DNA of 64,000 nucleotides, from positions 13,986-77,985 of the IMG/VR virus record IMGVR_UViG_3300034095_001503; one strand, 5' to 3'. Numbering within the stretch: the first letter of the stretch is position 1; each line of letters opens with the position of its first letter. Positions 1-9,347 of the stretch are shown here, one piece after another. The stretch comes from a virus. Position numbers and translations under genes: made by a program. Under the pieces are notes generated by a model that was not told where the DNA came from, did no database searches, and was given only the letters and a program-made list of their open reading frames with translations.

Positions 1-2738
1 TTTGTACCACCACTAATACTTGTAGTTGCTGCTGATAAGATAACAGTTTGGATATTACTGTTGTTCCAGTTAGGTATATGTGTTGCAGTTACTGTTCCAG
101 CACTATAAATAGGATTTCTAGATTGACCAGTAAATGTTAAATTACCATCAACCAATAAGTTTCCACTAACATGTAACCTTTCTGTAGGTGCTATAACACC
201 AATACCTATTTTACCACCAGGAACTACAGTTAATGATGCATTACCACCAGTTATTGAATAAGTTCCAGTTCCAAACAACACACCACCAATATTGATACTG
301 TCTATTGTACCAGCAGATAAAGTTATATTTGTACCAATAATTATATTATTTGAACCAATACTATCACTAGTGATTGTTGCATAACCAACATTATAACCAA
401 ATAAATTTGAATTAGTAGCACCAGTTGCTCTAAAACCAGTAGCACTACCCATGAAATTAGAAAAAGAAGCACTAGATGCACCATTACCAGCTTGATAACC
501 AATGAAATTACTAAATTTAGCATCAGTTGCTTGTTGACCAGCACTATACCCCATGAAATTAGATTGACTAGCACCAGTTGCTTGATAACCAGAATTATAA
601 CCAATAAAGTTTGAATTAGTAGCACCAGTAGCCCCTAAACCAGCAGCACGACCCATAAAATTAGCAAAAGTAGCACCATTAGCTTCCCTACCAGCACTAC
701 TACCAATAAATGTTGAAAAACCAGCACTATATGCTTTATAACCAGCATACCAACCAAAGAAATTTGATTCACCAGCACCAGATGCTTGATAACCAGAACT
801 ACCACCTATAAAAATTGAAGCTAACGCACCAGATGCTTGATAACCAGAATTATAACCAATAAAGTTTGATTGATAAGCATTATATGCTTGTTGACCAGCT
901 GCTTGACCAAAGAAATTTGAATTATTAGCACCACTAGCTTGATAACCAGCCCCTTGCCCCAAGAAGTTAGAGTTAGATGCGTTATAAGCTTGACCACCAG
1001 CAGTAGTACCAAAGAAGTTAGAATTATTAGCACCACTTGCTTGATAACCAGTGTTAAATCCAATGAAGTTAGCTCGAATAGCATTAGTTGCTTTATAACC
1101 AACTAAATAACCAATAAAGTTTGAATTATTAGCACCAGATGCTTGAAAACCAGCACTTGGACCAATAAAGTTTGAACCAGCAGCATCATAAGCTTGATAA
1201 CCAGCATTAGTACCAAAGAAGTTTGATACAGTAGCACCACTAGCAAACAAACCAGAGTTTACACCAAAGAAATTTGATTGAGAAGCATTAGTTGCACCAT
1301 AACCAGCACTACTACCCAAGAAATTAGATGAGTTTGCATCAGTTGCACCATAACCACTACGGAAACCAAAGAAGTTAGATTGTTCAGCGTTTGTTGCAAA
1401 TGTACCAGCACTTAAACCCATAAAGTTTGACAATGAAACTCCAGATGCTTGATATCCAGCATAGTTTCCGAAGAAGTTTGAATCAGTAACTCCAGATGCT
1501 TGATATCCAGTATCTACTAATCCAGTTGAAAATAAAGAAGATGTGTTAATAACTGATATTGGACCACTACCACCATTGGTAAACCCACTTACATTAAATG
1601 TACCACCAGAGTTATTGGTGAACGTAGCAGTACCAGAACTATAAGTACCACCAGTTACAAATGTATCTGTCATTCCAGTTAAGAACCCACTTACATTAAA
1701 TGTACCACCAGTATTGTTGGTAAACGTAGCCACACCATTATTAGCATTATATGTACCACCAGTAATAGTCATATCACTAGCTAAAATAGATAAATTTTGA
1801 CTAAAACTAGTATTATCGTTTCTACTAATAGTTAAATTATAATTACTAGCGTTAAAAGTCATACCAGTAGTATAAATGTCATCAGATGTTTTAAAATAAC
1901 CAGACACATTAAATGTTCCACCAGTATTATTGGTAAATGTAGTTGTTCCGTTTGAATAAGTACCACCAGTTGTAAATATATCAGTATTTATTGGTAAATT
2001 ATAATATGTTGTAGCACTTACTGTACTAGCAGTTAAATTACCAAATATTTGAGTATCACCACTACCAATAATACTTAAAGCCTTTTTTGCTGGAATAGTA
2101 CCATTTGGTGTTAAATAAAAATCCATTCTAGTACCACCAGAACTACCAAATGTAACACCACCATGATTTTCATTAGCGTATACACCTATCCAATTATCCC
2201 ATTGTGAACCACCAGAAATACCATAAGCAGTAGTTGTAAATTTTATAGTACCCAAAACATCATTTTTCAATAAATTTAATGATGCTTGAGGTGTACCTCT
2301 TTGTCTATAGAAACCTAAACTTCCAGATTCATTAGGGCTATTTTGATATGATTCTTGATTAATATAAGTATATCCAGTATGTCTAATAGCAAATTGTTGT
2401 TTACCCATAAAACTAAAACTACCAGTCCCAGCTGATGGGATATAATCACCAACAAATATACTACCTCTTCTTTGTATTACTGCATCTTTATCTGAACCAG
2501 CATCTGTTGTTTGTGAATTTTGTAAAAAAAACGGTGTACCAGCACCAGTACTGAATTCAATGTCTTCTCCATTGAATTTTGTTAGTGTTACAATTCCATT
2601 GTTTGTTGTTGCAGTATGTATTGCGAGTCCTTTTAAAAAGATGAGATTTTCATCCATTTCAGCAAAACTTAATACGCTACTTTTTGTAACGTCATTATAT
2701 GGGCTATTTTGACTTCTTAATATTAAATAGTTATTCAT
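1..2738 (-). CDS. Tail fibre / adhesin-like beta-solenoid protein, 3'-truncated by the window edge (>912 aa)
   Basis: Absent from the ORF track because it runs off the edge. ATG at 2738 (MNNYLILRSQNSPYNDVTKSSVLSFAEMDENLIFLKG...); the frame is consistent through to base 3 (...SISGGT). Has three TGGTY..GT.TFTNNTGGTFNVSG-like repeats and ~22 copies of a 17-aa GYQAxGAxxSNFxGxxA repeat. Confidence 0.85.
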   Translation of the reverse strand, partial: MNNYLILRSQNSPYNDVTKSSVLSFAEMDENLIFLKGLAIHTATTNNGIVTLTKFNGEDIEFSTGAGTPFFLQNSQTTDAGSDKDAVIQRRGSIFVGDYIPSAGTGSFSFMGKQQFAIRHTGYTYINQESYQNSPNESGSLGFYRQRGTPQASLNLLKNDVLGTIKFTTTAYGISGGSQWDNWIGVYANENHGGVTFGSSGGTRMDFYLTPNGTIPAKKALSIIGSGDTQIFGNLTASTVSATTYYNLPINTDIFTTGGTYSNGTTTFTNNTGGTFNVSGYFKTSDDIYTTGMTFNASNYNLTISRNDNTSFSQNLSILASDMTITGGTYNANNGVATFTNNTGGTFNVSGFLTGMTDTFVTGGTYSSGTATFTNNSGGTFNVSGFTNGGSGPISVINTSSLFSTGLVDTGYQASGVTDSNFFGNYAGYQASGVSLSNFMGLSAGTFATNAEQSNFFGFRSGYGATDANSSNFLGSSAGYGATNASQSNFFGVNSGLFASGATVSNFFGTNAGYQAYDAAGSNFIGPSAGFQASGANNSNFIGYLVGYKATNAIRANFIGFNTGYQASGANNSNFFGTTAGGQAYNASNSNFLGQGAGYQASGANNSNFFGQAAGQQAYNAYQSNFIGYNSGYQASGALASIFIGGSSGYQASGAGESNFFGWYAGYKAYSAGFSTFIGSSAGREANGATFANFMGRAAGLGATGATNSNFIGYNSGYQATGASQSNFMGYSAGQQATDAKFSNFIGYQAGNGASSASFSNFMGSATGFRATGATNSNLFGYNVGYATITSDSIGSNNIIIGTNITLSAGTIDSINIGGVLFGTGTYSITGGNASLTVVPGGKIGIGVIAPTERLHVSGNLLVDGNLTFTGQSRNPIYSAGTVTATHIPNWNNSNIQTVILSAATTSISGGT
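330..1510 (-). repeat. 51-nt (17-aa) degenerate coding tandem repeat, ~22 copies
   Basis: CCAGATGCTTGATATCC recurs at 1441 and 1492 (period 51); SNF(F/I/M)G recurs throughout. Confidence 0.85.
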
Positions 2739-2772
2739 AGTTTAAATCTTTACAATAAATATCTATAAAAAC

Positions 2773-2800
2773 AAAAAAGCTGGAGCATTGCCCCAGCTTT
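2773..2800 (-). terminator. Intrinsic terminator
   Basis: Minus strand AGCTGGGGC-AAT-GCTCCAGCT followed by TTTTTGTTTTT. Confidence 0.75.
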
Positions 2801-2815
2801 ATTTATTTTAATGTG

Positions 2816-2848
2816 TTTTTATTATAAATATGATATTTATAATAAAAA
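2816..2848. promoter_or_regulatory. 33-bp palindrome carrying back-to-back putative late-promoter motifs
   Basis: TTTTTATTATAAATAT-G-ATATTTATAATAAAAA; each arm contains the ATATTTAT motif found upstream of structural genes. Confidence 0.65.
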
Positions 2849-2858
2849 ATAATATATT

Positions 2859-3500
2859 ATGAATAGTACATTACAAAAATTAGCACAATCATTAGGTTTT
2901 AAAAAAGATATAGATAATCTTAAATCTAATACTACTGAAGGTGTTGATTCAATATCTGAAGTTTATGATTTATTATTAACTAATATTAATAGAATTAATA
3001 CATTAGAAAATAATTTATCTGGAACCACTGGTACAACTACATCAAATAAAAAAGTTGCTTTCTCACCTATGAATATTTCATCTTGTGATACCGCACCAAC
3101 AGCTGGTACCACACAATACTATTATTTAACTATTGCTGAAATGGATATGACCATTAGTAAAGCAAAACTTTGGGGTTATAGTGGTACTGATACTGTGTTA
3201 TTTGGTATATATAGAGGTACATTTGAGTCACACACATTAATAGGTGAAGGTAGTGCAGTTTGTGGTTTAGGACCAAATGTTATAAATATAACCCCAAAAG
3301 AAGGACAAACATTAGATGTAACTACTGGTGAAAATTTAATTGTTGGTTTTTACCCTACTGGTACCAGTTGGAGAACAATATACGATACTGGAATAAATGA
3401 TTTAATTTTTGGTATAACAAGTACTGCTAATATTAATTCTATGCCACAAAATATAATAGGGACAGCAACAAATGTTAGATTTGGTTTAACTTTATATTAA
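2859..3500 (+). CDS. Hypothetical protein, probably virion-associated (short coiled coil plus Thr/Gly-rich beta domain)
   Basis: 213-aa ORF with ATG start, downstream of the ATATTTAT motif. Confidence 0.7.
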   Translation: MNSTLQKLAQSLGFKKDIDNLKSNTTEGVDSISEVYDLLLTNINRINTLENNLSGTTGTTTSNKKVAFSPMNISSCDTAPTAGTTQYYYLTIAEMDMTISKAKLWGYSGTDTVLFGIYRGTFESHTLIGEGSAVCGLGPNVINITPKEGQTLDVTTGENLIVGFYPTGTSWRTIYDTGINDLIFGITSTANINSMPQNIIGTATNVRFGLTLY

Positions 3501-3502
3501 TT

Positions 3503-3895
3503 ATGATATTATTAACTATATTAGGAATATTACTTGTTATAGCAGCAAGTATTTCAGAAGCAATTATGGATACTATACAATTTCATTATGAAAGAAGTAT
3601 TTTCAAATTCGACCCAGATAAATATAATCCATTATTTTGGGACGCATCTATTTCTTGGAAAAATAAATACAAAGAAAATAGTATGACTGAACCTAAATTT
3701 TATGGTTCAAAAACAATTTTTGTTTTTCTAACAGATGCTTGGCATTTTTTTAAATTTTTAAGAAACTTATTTTTATTTATCGGGTTACCATTATTAGGAC
3801 TTGGTTCATTGAATATTATTGTAGCTGTTGTAATAGCTAGAGTACTTTACGGATTGGTATTTACATTTTGTTTTGATAAAGTACTTATTAAATAA
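3503..3895 (+). CDS. Small membrane protein
   Basis: 130 aa with hydrophobic N- and C-terminal helices and Trp-rich motifs (SWKNKY, TDAWH). Confidence 0.7.
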   Translation: MILLTILGILLVIAASISEAIMDTIQFHYERSIFKFDPDKYNPLFWDASISWKNKYKENSMTEPKFYGSKTIFVFLTDAWHFFKFLRNLFLFIGLPLLGLGSLNIIVAVVIARVLYGLVFTFCFDKVLIK

Positions 3896-3901
3896 ACCAT
3901 T

Positions 3902-4480
3902 ATGGATGAAAAATTAGTTGATTTACAAATAAACAAATTGATACAAGAATATTCTTTTTTAAAGTCTGATGAAGAATTAAAAAAAGAGATGATAAACACA
4001 AATCAAAAAGGTTTTTTAGATTTAGTTAATGGTAAATTAGGTGATTTAAAACCAGAAGAAATTAACCAAGGACCAACCAAAGAACCAAAATCAAAAAAAA
4101 TTGAACCAAAAGTAGATATGTCTGGTATATCTGAAAACACCAAAGTTAGAATCAAGAAAATATATAGAAACATAGTTAAATTAACACACCCAGATAAAGC
4201 TGAATCAGAAGAATTGAACGAGTTATACATGGAAGCAACTGAAGCATATGAAGCTTATAATATATTTGAATTATGTTTCATTTCCAAAAAATTAAATATA
4301 AAAGTAAAACTATCACTAGAAGAAACAAAAACATTAAAGGAATTGTTAGATTCCAAAAAAGATGAAATAAAGAAAATAGAATCTTCTTTTATTTGGTTAT
4401 GGTTAACAGCATCTAATGAAAATGATAAAAATGAACTAGTAGATAGATTTATTGAAAAACACTATAAAAATGGAAATTAA
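3902..4480 (+). CDS. J-domain (DnaJ-like) protein
   Basis: KKIYRNIVKLTHPDK: HPD motif following a basic helix II. Confidence 0.75.
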   Translation: MDEKLVDLQINKLIQEYSFLKSDEELKKEMINTNQKGFLDLVNGKLGDLKPEEINQGPTKEPKSKKIEPKVDMSGISENTKVRIKKIYRNIVKLTHPDKAESEELNELYMEATEAYEAYNIFELCFISKKLNIKVKLSLEETKTLKELLDSKKDEIKKIESSFIWLWLTASNENDKNELVDRFIEKHYKNGN

Positions 4481-5675
4481 AAAATTAAAAATTGGAATAA
4501 CAATTGGACTGAAAGATAATAAAGAATCAATCTGGACAAATGGTATTAAACAAAATGTTTTAATGTTAACAAGATTGTTAAAAAATTCTAAAAACAATTA
4601 TGAGATAAAACTTTTAAACACGTTTGATGTTGATTGGACTGAAAAACCTAGTTATTTAAATGATGTTGATATCTGTACATTTAGAGATAACTTCATGGAT
4701 ATGGATATGTTAATCGTTATGGGTTCACAAATTTCAAATACTGATATCAAAAAATTTAAAACCGACCCAAATAAAAAAGTGATTGCTTATAAATGTGGTA
4801 ATAACTATGTTATCACAATGGAGAATATTTTATTCAGAGAACAAGAAGAAAATAAATCATATCAATTTGAAGAAGATTATGATGAAATTTGGTATATCCC
4901 ACAACAAGATGAAGTTAATAGTGGATTTTATAAAACACTATATAGAACAAACGCTTTCATAGTTCCTTTTATTTGGCATAACCAATACCTATTAGAAGCT
5001 CTTACAGATATTGAAAGGGGATTTAAAAGAGGTAAATTCAAAAAAGATTATCGTTATGAAATTGGTAAAGAGAAAAAAAGAATTGGTGTTATGGAACCAA
5101 ATCTTAATATTGTTAAATTTTCTCTAATTCCAACTATGCTTGTTGAAGAATGTTATAGAGGTGATATTGGTAAAGAACACATTGATAAATTAATGCTTAC
5201 TAATTCTGAGAAAATTGCTAAGAATAAAGAATTCATGGCCATGATTAAAACATTTGATTTATTTAAAGATAATAAAATAACAGCTGAAAGTAGATACCAA
5301 ACAGCATTCATCCTTTCTCAACACATAGATGTGTTGGTTTGTCATCAAATTTTAAACCCATTAAACTACCTATATTTAGATGCGGCTTATATGGGTTATC
5401 CAGTATTACATAACGCACCAATGTGTAAAGATTTAGGTTATTACTATGAGAATTCAGATACAGTTGATGGTGCTAAACAATTAGATTATATCTTGACTGA
5501 ACATGATAAAAATATTGATGTTTATAATGAAAGAAACGATAAAGTATTGATGAGATATTATGCTGATAATATGAAGCTTGTTAAAACTTATGATAAATTA
5601 ATTTCCAACCTATTCAACGGTGGTAATCACGGATTGATTTACAACTCTAAAACAAACTTATATACAAATTTATAA
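4470..5675 (+). CDS. DUF2827-like protein (putative GT-B glycosyltransferase)
   Basis: Motifs SIWTNGIKQN, CGNNY, EPNLNIVK, HQILNPLNYLY, YPVLHN. ATG at 4470 preferred over the TTG at 4452. Confidence 0.7.
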   Translation: MEIKKLKIGITIGLKDNKESIWTNGIKQNVLMLTRLLKNSKNNYEIKLLNTFDVDWTEKPSYLNDVDICTFRDNFMDMDMLIVMGSQISNTDIKKFKTDPNKKVIAYKCGNNYVITMENILFREQEENKSYQFEEDYDEIWYIPQQDEVNSGFYKTLYRTNAFIVPFIWHNQYLLEALTDIERGFKRGKFKKDYRYEIGKEKKRIGVMEPNLNIVKFSLIPTMLVEECYRGDIGKEHIDKLMLTNSEKIAKNKEFMAMIKTFDLFKDNKITAESRYQTAFILSQHIDVLVCHQILNPLNYLYLDAAYMGYPVLHNAPMCKDLGYYYENSDTVDGAKQLDYILTEHDKNIDVYNERNDKVLMRYYADNMKLVKTYDKLISNLFNGGNHGLIYNSKTNLYTNL

Positions 5676-5693
5676 CAATGTTTATAAACAAAA

Positions 5694-5717
5694 AAAGGGA
5701 CTCTTTCGAGTCCCTTT
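5694..5717. terminator. Terminator hairpin between convergent genes
   Basis: AAAGGGACTC-TTTC-GAGTCCCTTT with an A-tract on the left. Confidence 0.85.
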
Positions 5718-5768
5718 CTCATTCTTATTAATTTTAGTTTAATTAGAATAATTTTGATTAATCACTGA

Positions 5769-8409
5769 TTAAACAGCATCAACTTTTTCACCAGATTTCT
5801 TACCACCACCAAAAACATCTTTTAACTCTGCTAATTGTGTTCTAAGTGCAGATATACTAGCGTTAGCTTTTGACATACTAGCTTCTAGTTCTACAATTAC
5901 TTTACTATAGTTAGCAATTTTAGCTTCAGCTTTAGCAATATTCGCTTGAGATGAAGAATACAACTCAGTAGCTTTTTTCAAGTCTTCGTTAATCACCATT
6001 AATTGTTGTCTTGCAGCTTTCAATTTAGCTTCACTCTGATTCAAACGATTTTGAAATTCTTCAATCATAGAATCATTGTCAGCTTTTTGAGCTCTAGCAT
6101 TCATTAGTGAATCTTGAGAATCTGCTAAAATAGCATTAGCACTAGCTATAGTAGAATCATAACCATCAATAGTTGCTTGGTCATCACCACCATCTGCTAA
6201 ATATTGAGCTTTTTCTGCTTCAGTATTTGCTTTATTTGCTTGAGCTTCAGCAATAGCTTTTTCATATTCTGCAATACTAACACTTAAATCAGCATCAGAA
6301 GCTTGTGCCTCTGCCAAGAAATTTTGACTTTCAGCAATTCCTTCTTGAGTTTTTGCCACATCACTATTTGTGTTATTTAGGTCTTCTTGAAGACTAACCA
6401 TCTCTTGTTGAGACATGTTCATTTCAGCAGTTGCTTGATTCAATCCATCTTTTGAAGCCTCTAAACTAGCTTTAGAACTTGCCATGTTCATTTCTGATTC
6501 TTGCAATTCCATTTCTAGTTTTGCAATTTGAGCATTGATATCAGCAGCAGAAACAGCATCAGTAGCATAAACAGCATAAGCTTTAACTCTATCACCAACT
6601 AATGGAGCATCGATAAAATCAACAGCAGCAATGTTTCCAGAAACACTTACTGTAGTGTAATCTTCACCTTCAGTTAATAATAAACCGTTTAAGAAAATAG
6701 ACTCAGAAGAACTTCTACCCCAAGTTGTGAATGTAAATCTTACGATTTCTCCATCTGGAGTTTCGTTAACAACCAACTTTTTGTAGTATTCAGCATCAAC
6801 TCTTTTAGTGATTAAAGACTCAGCATTTTCAGCACGAGCAATTTCACTATCTAAGTTAGCAACAACTTCAGCGAATGAATCAATTGAAGTTAAATCAGTG
6901 TTAGCGATGATGTAAGATACTTCAGTAGATAATACTTCAGCGATAGACGCTTCAGCTTCCATAGCTCTTTTCTCTTCATTTTTGATACCTTCAGATAATT
7001 TAGCATCACTTTCTTCTCTTGCTTTAGCTTCATCAGAATCAGCAGCTTCTCTTGCAGCAACTTCTTTTTCTATTGCAGAATCTAAACTAGCGAATAATTT
7101 AGTATCAATTTCTTCTCTAGCTTTAGCTTCAGCAGCAATAGCTTCTTCTCTTACAGAAACTTCAGTAGACATTGCAGATTCTAAACTATTAAATAATTTA
7201 GTATCACCTTCTTCTCTTGCTTTAGCTTCAGTAGCATCAGCTTCTTCTCTTACAGAAACTTCAGTAGACATTGAATCAGATAAATTAGAAAATAATTTAG
7301 CATCACCTTCTTCTCTTGCAGAAATTTCAGCAGATAAAGCAGAACTAGCAGACTCAGCTAAAAGTGTAATTGCACCATTCAAGTCATCATCAGCTGATTT
7401 GAACGCACCAACGATTTCAGTTAATGAATCCAAAGCATCACCATCAACATTAGATAATACATTATCAATTTGACTTTGTAATTTAGCATCACCTTCTTCT
7501 CTTGCTTTAGCTTCATTAGCATCAGCTTCTTCTCTTACAGAAACTTCTTGTGAAATTGTAGATTTTAAATTAGCTTGTAATTGTCTATCACCTTCTTCTC
7601 TTGCTGAAGCTTCATTAACATCAGCTTCTTCTCTTACAGAAACTTCTTGTGAAATTGTAGATTTTAAATTAGCTTGTAATTGTCTATCACCTTCTTCTCT
7701 TGCTGAAGCTTCATTAGCATCAGCTTCTTCTAATAGAAACTTCTTGTGAAATTGTAGATTTTAAATTAGCTTGTAATTGAGCATCACCTTCTTTTCTTGC
7801 ATTAGCTTCATTAACATCAGCTTCTTCTCTAATAGAAACTTCTTGTGAAATTGCAGCATCTAAATTAGCTTGTAATTGAGCATCACCTTCTTTTCTTGCT
7901 GAAGCTTCATCTAAATCAGCTTCTTCTCTTGCTTCAACTTCTTTTGCCATTGCAGCAGCAGCAGCATCAGCCAATGTAGTAATTGCACCATTGATATCAC
8001 CATCAGCAGCTTGGAATGCACCAATGATTTCAGTTAATGAATCGATAGCAACTGGGTCAGAATTATTAGTGATGAAATCAATTTGATTTTGTAATGCTTT
8101 ATCACCAGCAACATGATGTTCATGTTCGTCACTAATTAAAGCAGATACTTCAGCAGATAATTCAGCGTCAGCTTTAGTTCTAGCTTCATCTTCATTTTTG
8201 ATACCTTCAAATAATTTAGCATCAACAGCTTCTCTTGCTTTAGCTTCAGCAGCTATTGCGGCTTCTGTTTCTTTTGATACAACATCAAAAGCATCACTAA
8301 CACCAGCAATATCTGTTAATACGATACCAACTGGGGCTATAATTTTTGCGTTGTCTAATATTAAATCAGACTGTCTATTCAATACAATTTTTGTGTTTTT
8401 ATTTGCCAT
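5769..8409 (-). CDS. Long coiled-coil fibre-like protein (~880 aa) split by a 2-nt deletion at ~7731 (track ORFs 7720..8409 and 5769..7433 are one gene)
   Basis: The intact repeat reads ATT AGA GAA GAA GCT; the copy at ~7731 reads ATTAGAAGAAGCT. The downstream frame is open from 7730 to 5769 and continues the same 33-aa repeat. DS(L/F)xE(I/V) motif occurs three times. Confidence 0.75.
6990..7940 (-). repeat. 99-nt (33-aa = 3x11) coding tandem repeats (hendecad coiled coil)
   Basis: EEADVNEASAR-EEGDRQLQANL-KSTISQEVSVR units, near-identical at DNA level in 7500-7900; a second set lies at ~7000-7330. Confidence 0.85.
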
Positions 8410-8529
8410 AATAATTGTTTTTGTTTTTGTTTTTGTTTTACGTTATTTTATTATTTTTCGAACATATGAATCCACCCAACTATTAACTAATAATTGTTTT
8501 AAATAACGATACAATAAAAGGACTAATCC

Positions 8530-8766
8530 TTATTTGTTGTTATAAAGTAAATTTTTAATGTTTCTTATTGCATTTGTGTATGCAAGTGGTTCACAAGAAC
8601 CCGTTTCGGTCAAATATTCATTAACATAGGTTGTTAACTCTGGGGTTTCGTCAAAAACAAATTTAGATTTTGTTTTTTCTTTAGTTGCAGTAAACTTTAA
8701 ACCCTTTGTTTTTAGATAGGCGGTTAAATATAAATCAGATGTTACATATGTGATTTCGCTATTCAT
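8530..8766 (-). CDS. DUF5659-like small protein
   Basis: TSDLYLTAYL...G...KFVF pattern; 78 aa; ATATTTAT motif upstream (8785-8792). Confidence 0.6.
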   Translation of the reverse strand: MNSEITYVTSDLYLTAYLKTKGLKFTATKEKTKSKFVFDETPELTTYVNEYLTETGSCEPLAYTNAIRNIKNLLYNNK

Positions 8767-8842
8767 ATTAATATTTGTTTTATTATAAATATAGATATTT
8801 TACTGAAAGTTATTAAAATATTCAAAAAAAAAATTAAATAAA

Positions 8843-9331
8843 TTAAAAACTCCTATAACTACATCTAATTCTCATACCAAACATAGGTGAATCACTGAAG
8901 ATTATTGACTTTCCGTCAATAATATAATCCTCACCATTCTCTTGTAAAAGACCATTTAAATACACATGTTCTGAGTTTAATATTGGTTCATAAGATAATT
9001 GAAAAATTGTGTTATCATCATCAATAAGACCAGTTGGATTTTCTTTGTCAATATGAATAATATTATTAAAAGATATTTCGGACCAATCAGATAAATCCCA
9101 CTCCCATTCAATATCTTTTAATTTGTAGTATTGTTTACCACCATCAACACCCACAATCATTCCAGCCCTTCTTCTTTCTTCTGGTATTTCAATCATGTCA
9201 TTAATAGTTTCAACATTTCGAAAACCATCAATACCGTACAATGGGTCAATAACAGCATAGGTATCATCAGTGGCCATTGGACTAATAAAGCCCATTACAC
9301 CAACACCACCTATTTTATAAAAATTAGTCAT
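8843..9331 (-). CDS. Virion structural protein (fibre/baseplate-type beta domain)
   Basis: N-terminal IPEERRRAGMIVGV module; C-terminal VYLNGLLQENGEDY domain shared with the 5769..8409 protein. Confidence 0.65.
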   Translation of the reverse strand: MTNFYKIGGVGVMGFISPMATDDTYAVIDPLYGIDGFRNVETINDMIEIPEERRRAGMIVGVDGGKQYYKLKDIEWEWDLSDWSEISFNNIIHIDKENPTGLIDDDNTIFQLSYEPILNSEHVYLNGLLQENGEDYIIDGKSIIFSDSPMFGMRIRCSYRSF

Positions 9332-9347
9332 AAAACTCTAAAGTTAT

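Noticed and set aside
341-1102. Track ORFs 341..625 and 821..1102 (-), and 13990..14178 (-)
   Set aside because: Off-frame shadows of repeat-rich fibre genes; Leu/Val/Ile-rich artefacts of GGT/GCT/AAT codons.
7500-7940. 99-bp near-identical repeats as a CRISPR array
   Set aside because: Tandem with no unique spacers, period is a multiple of 3 and they encode a coiled coil; no cas genes in the window.
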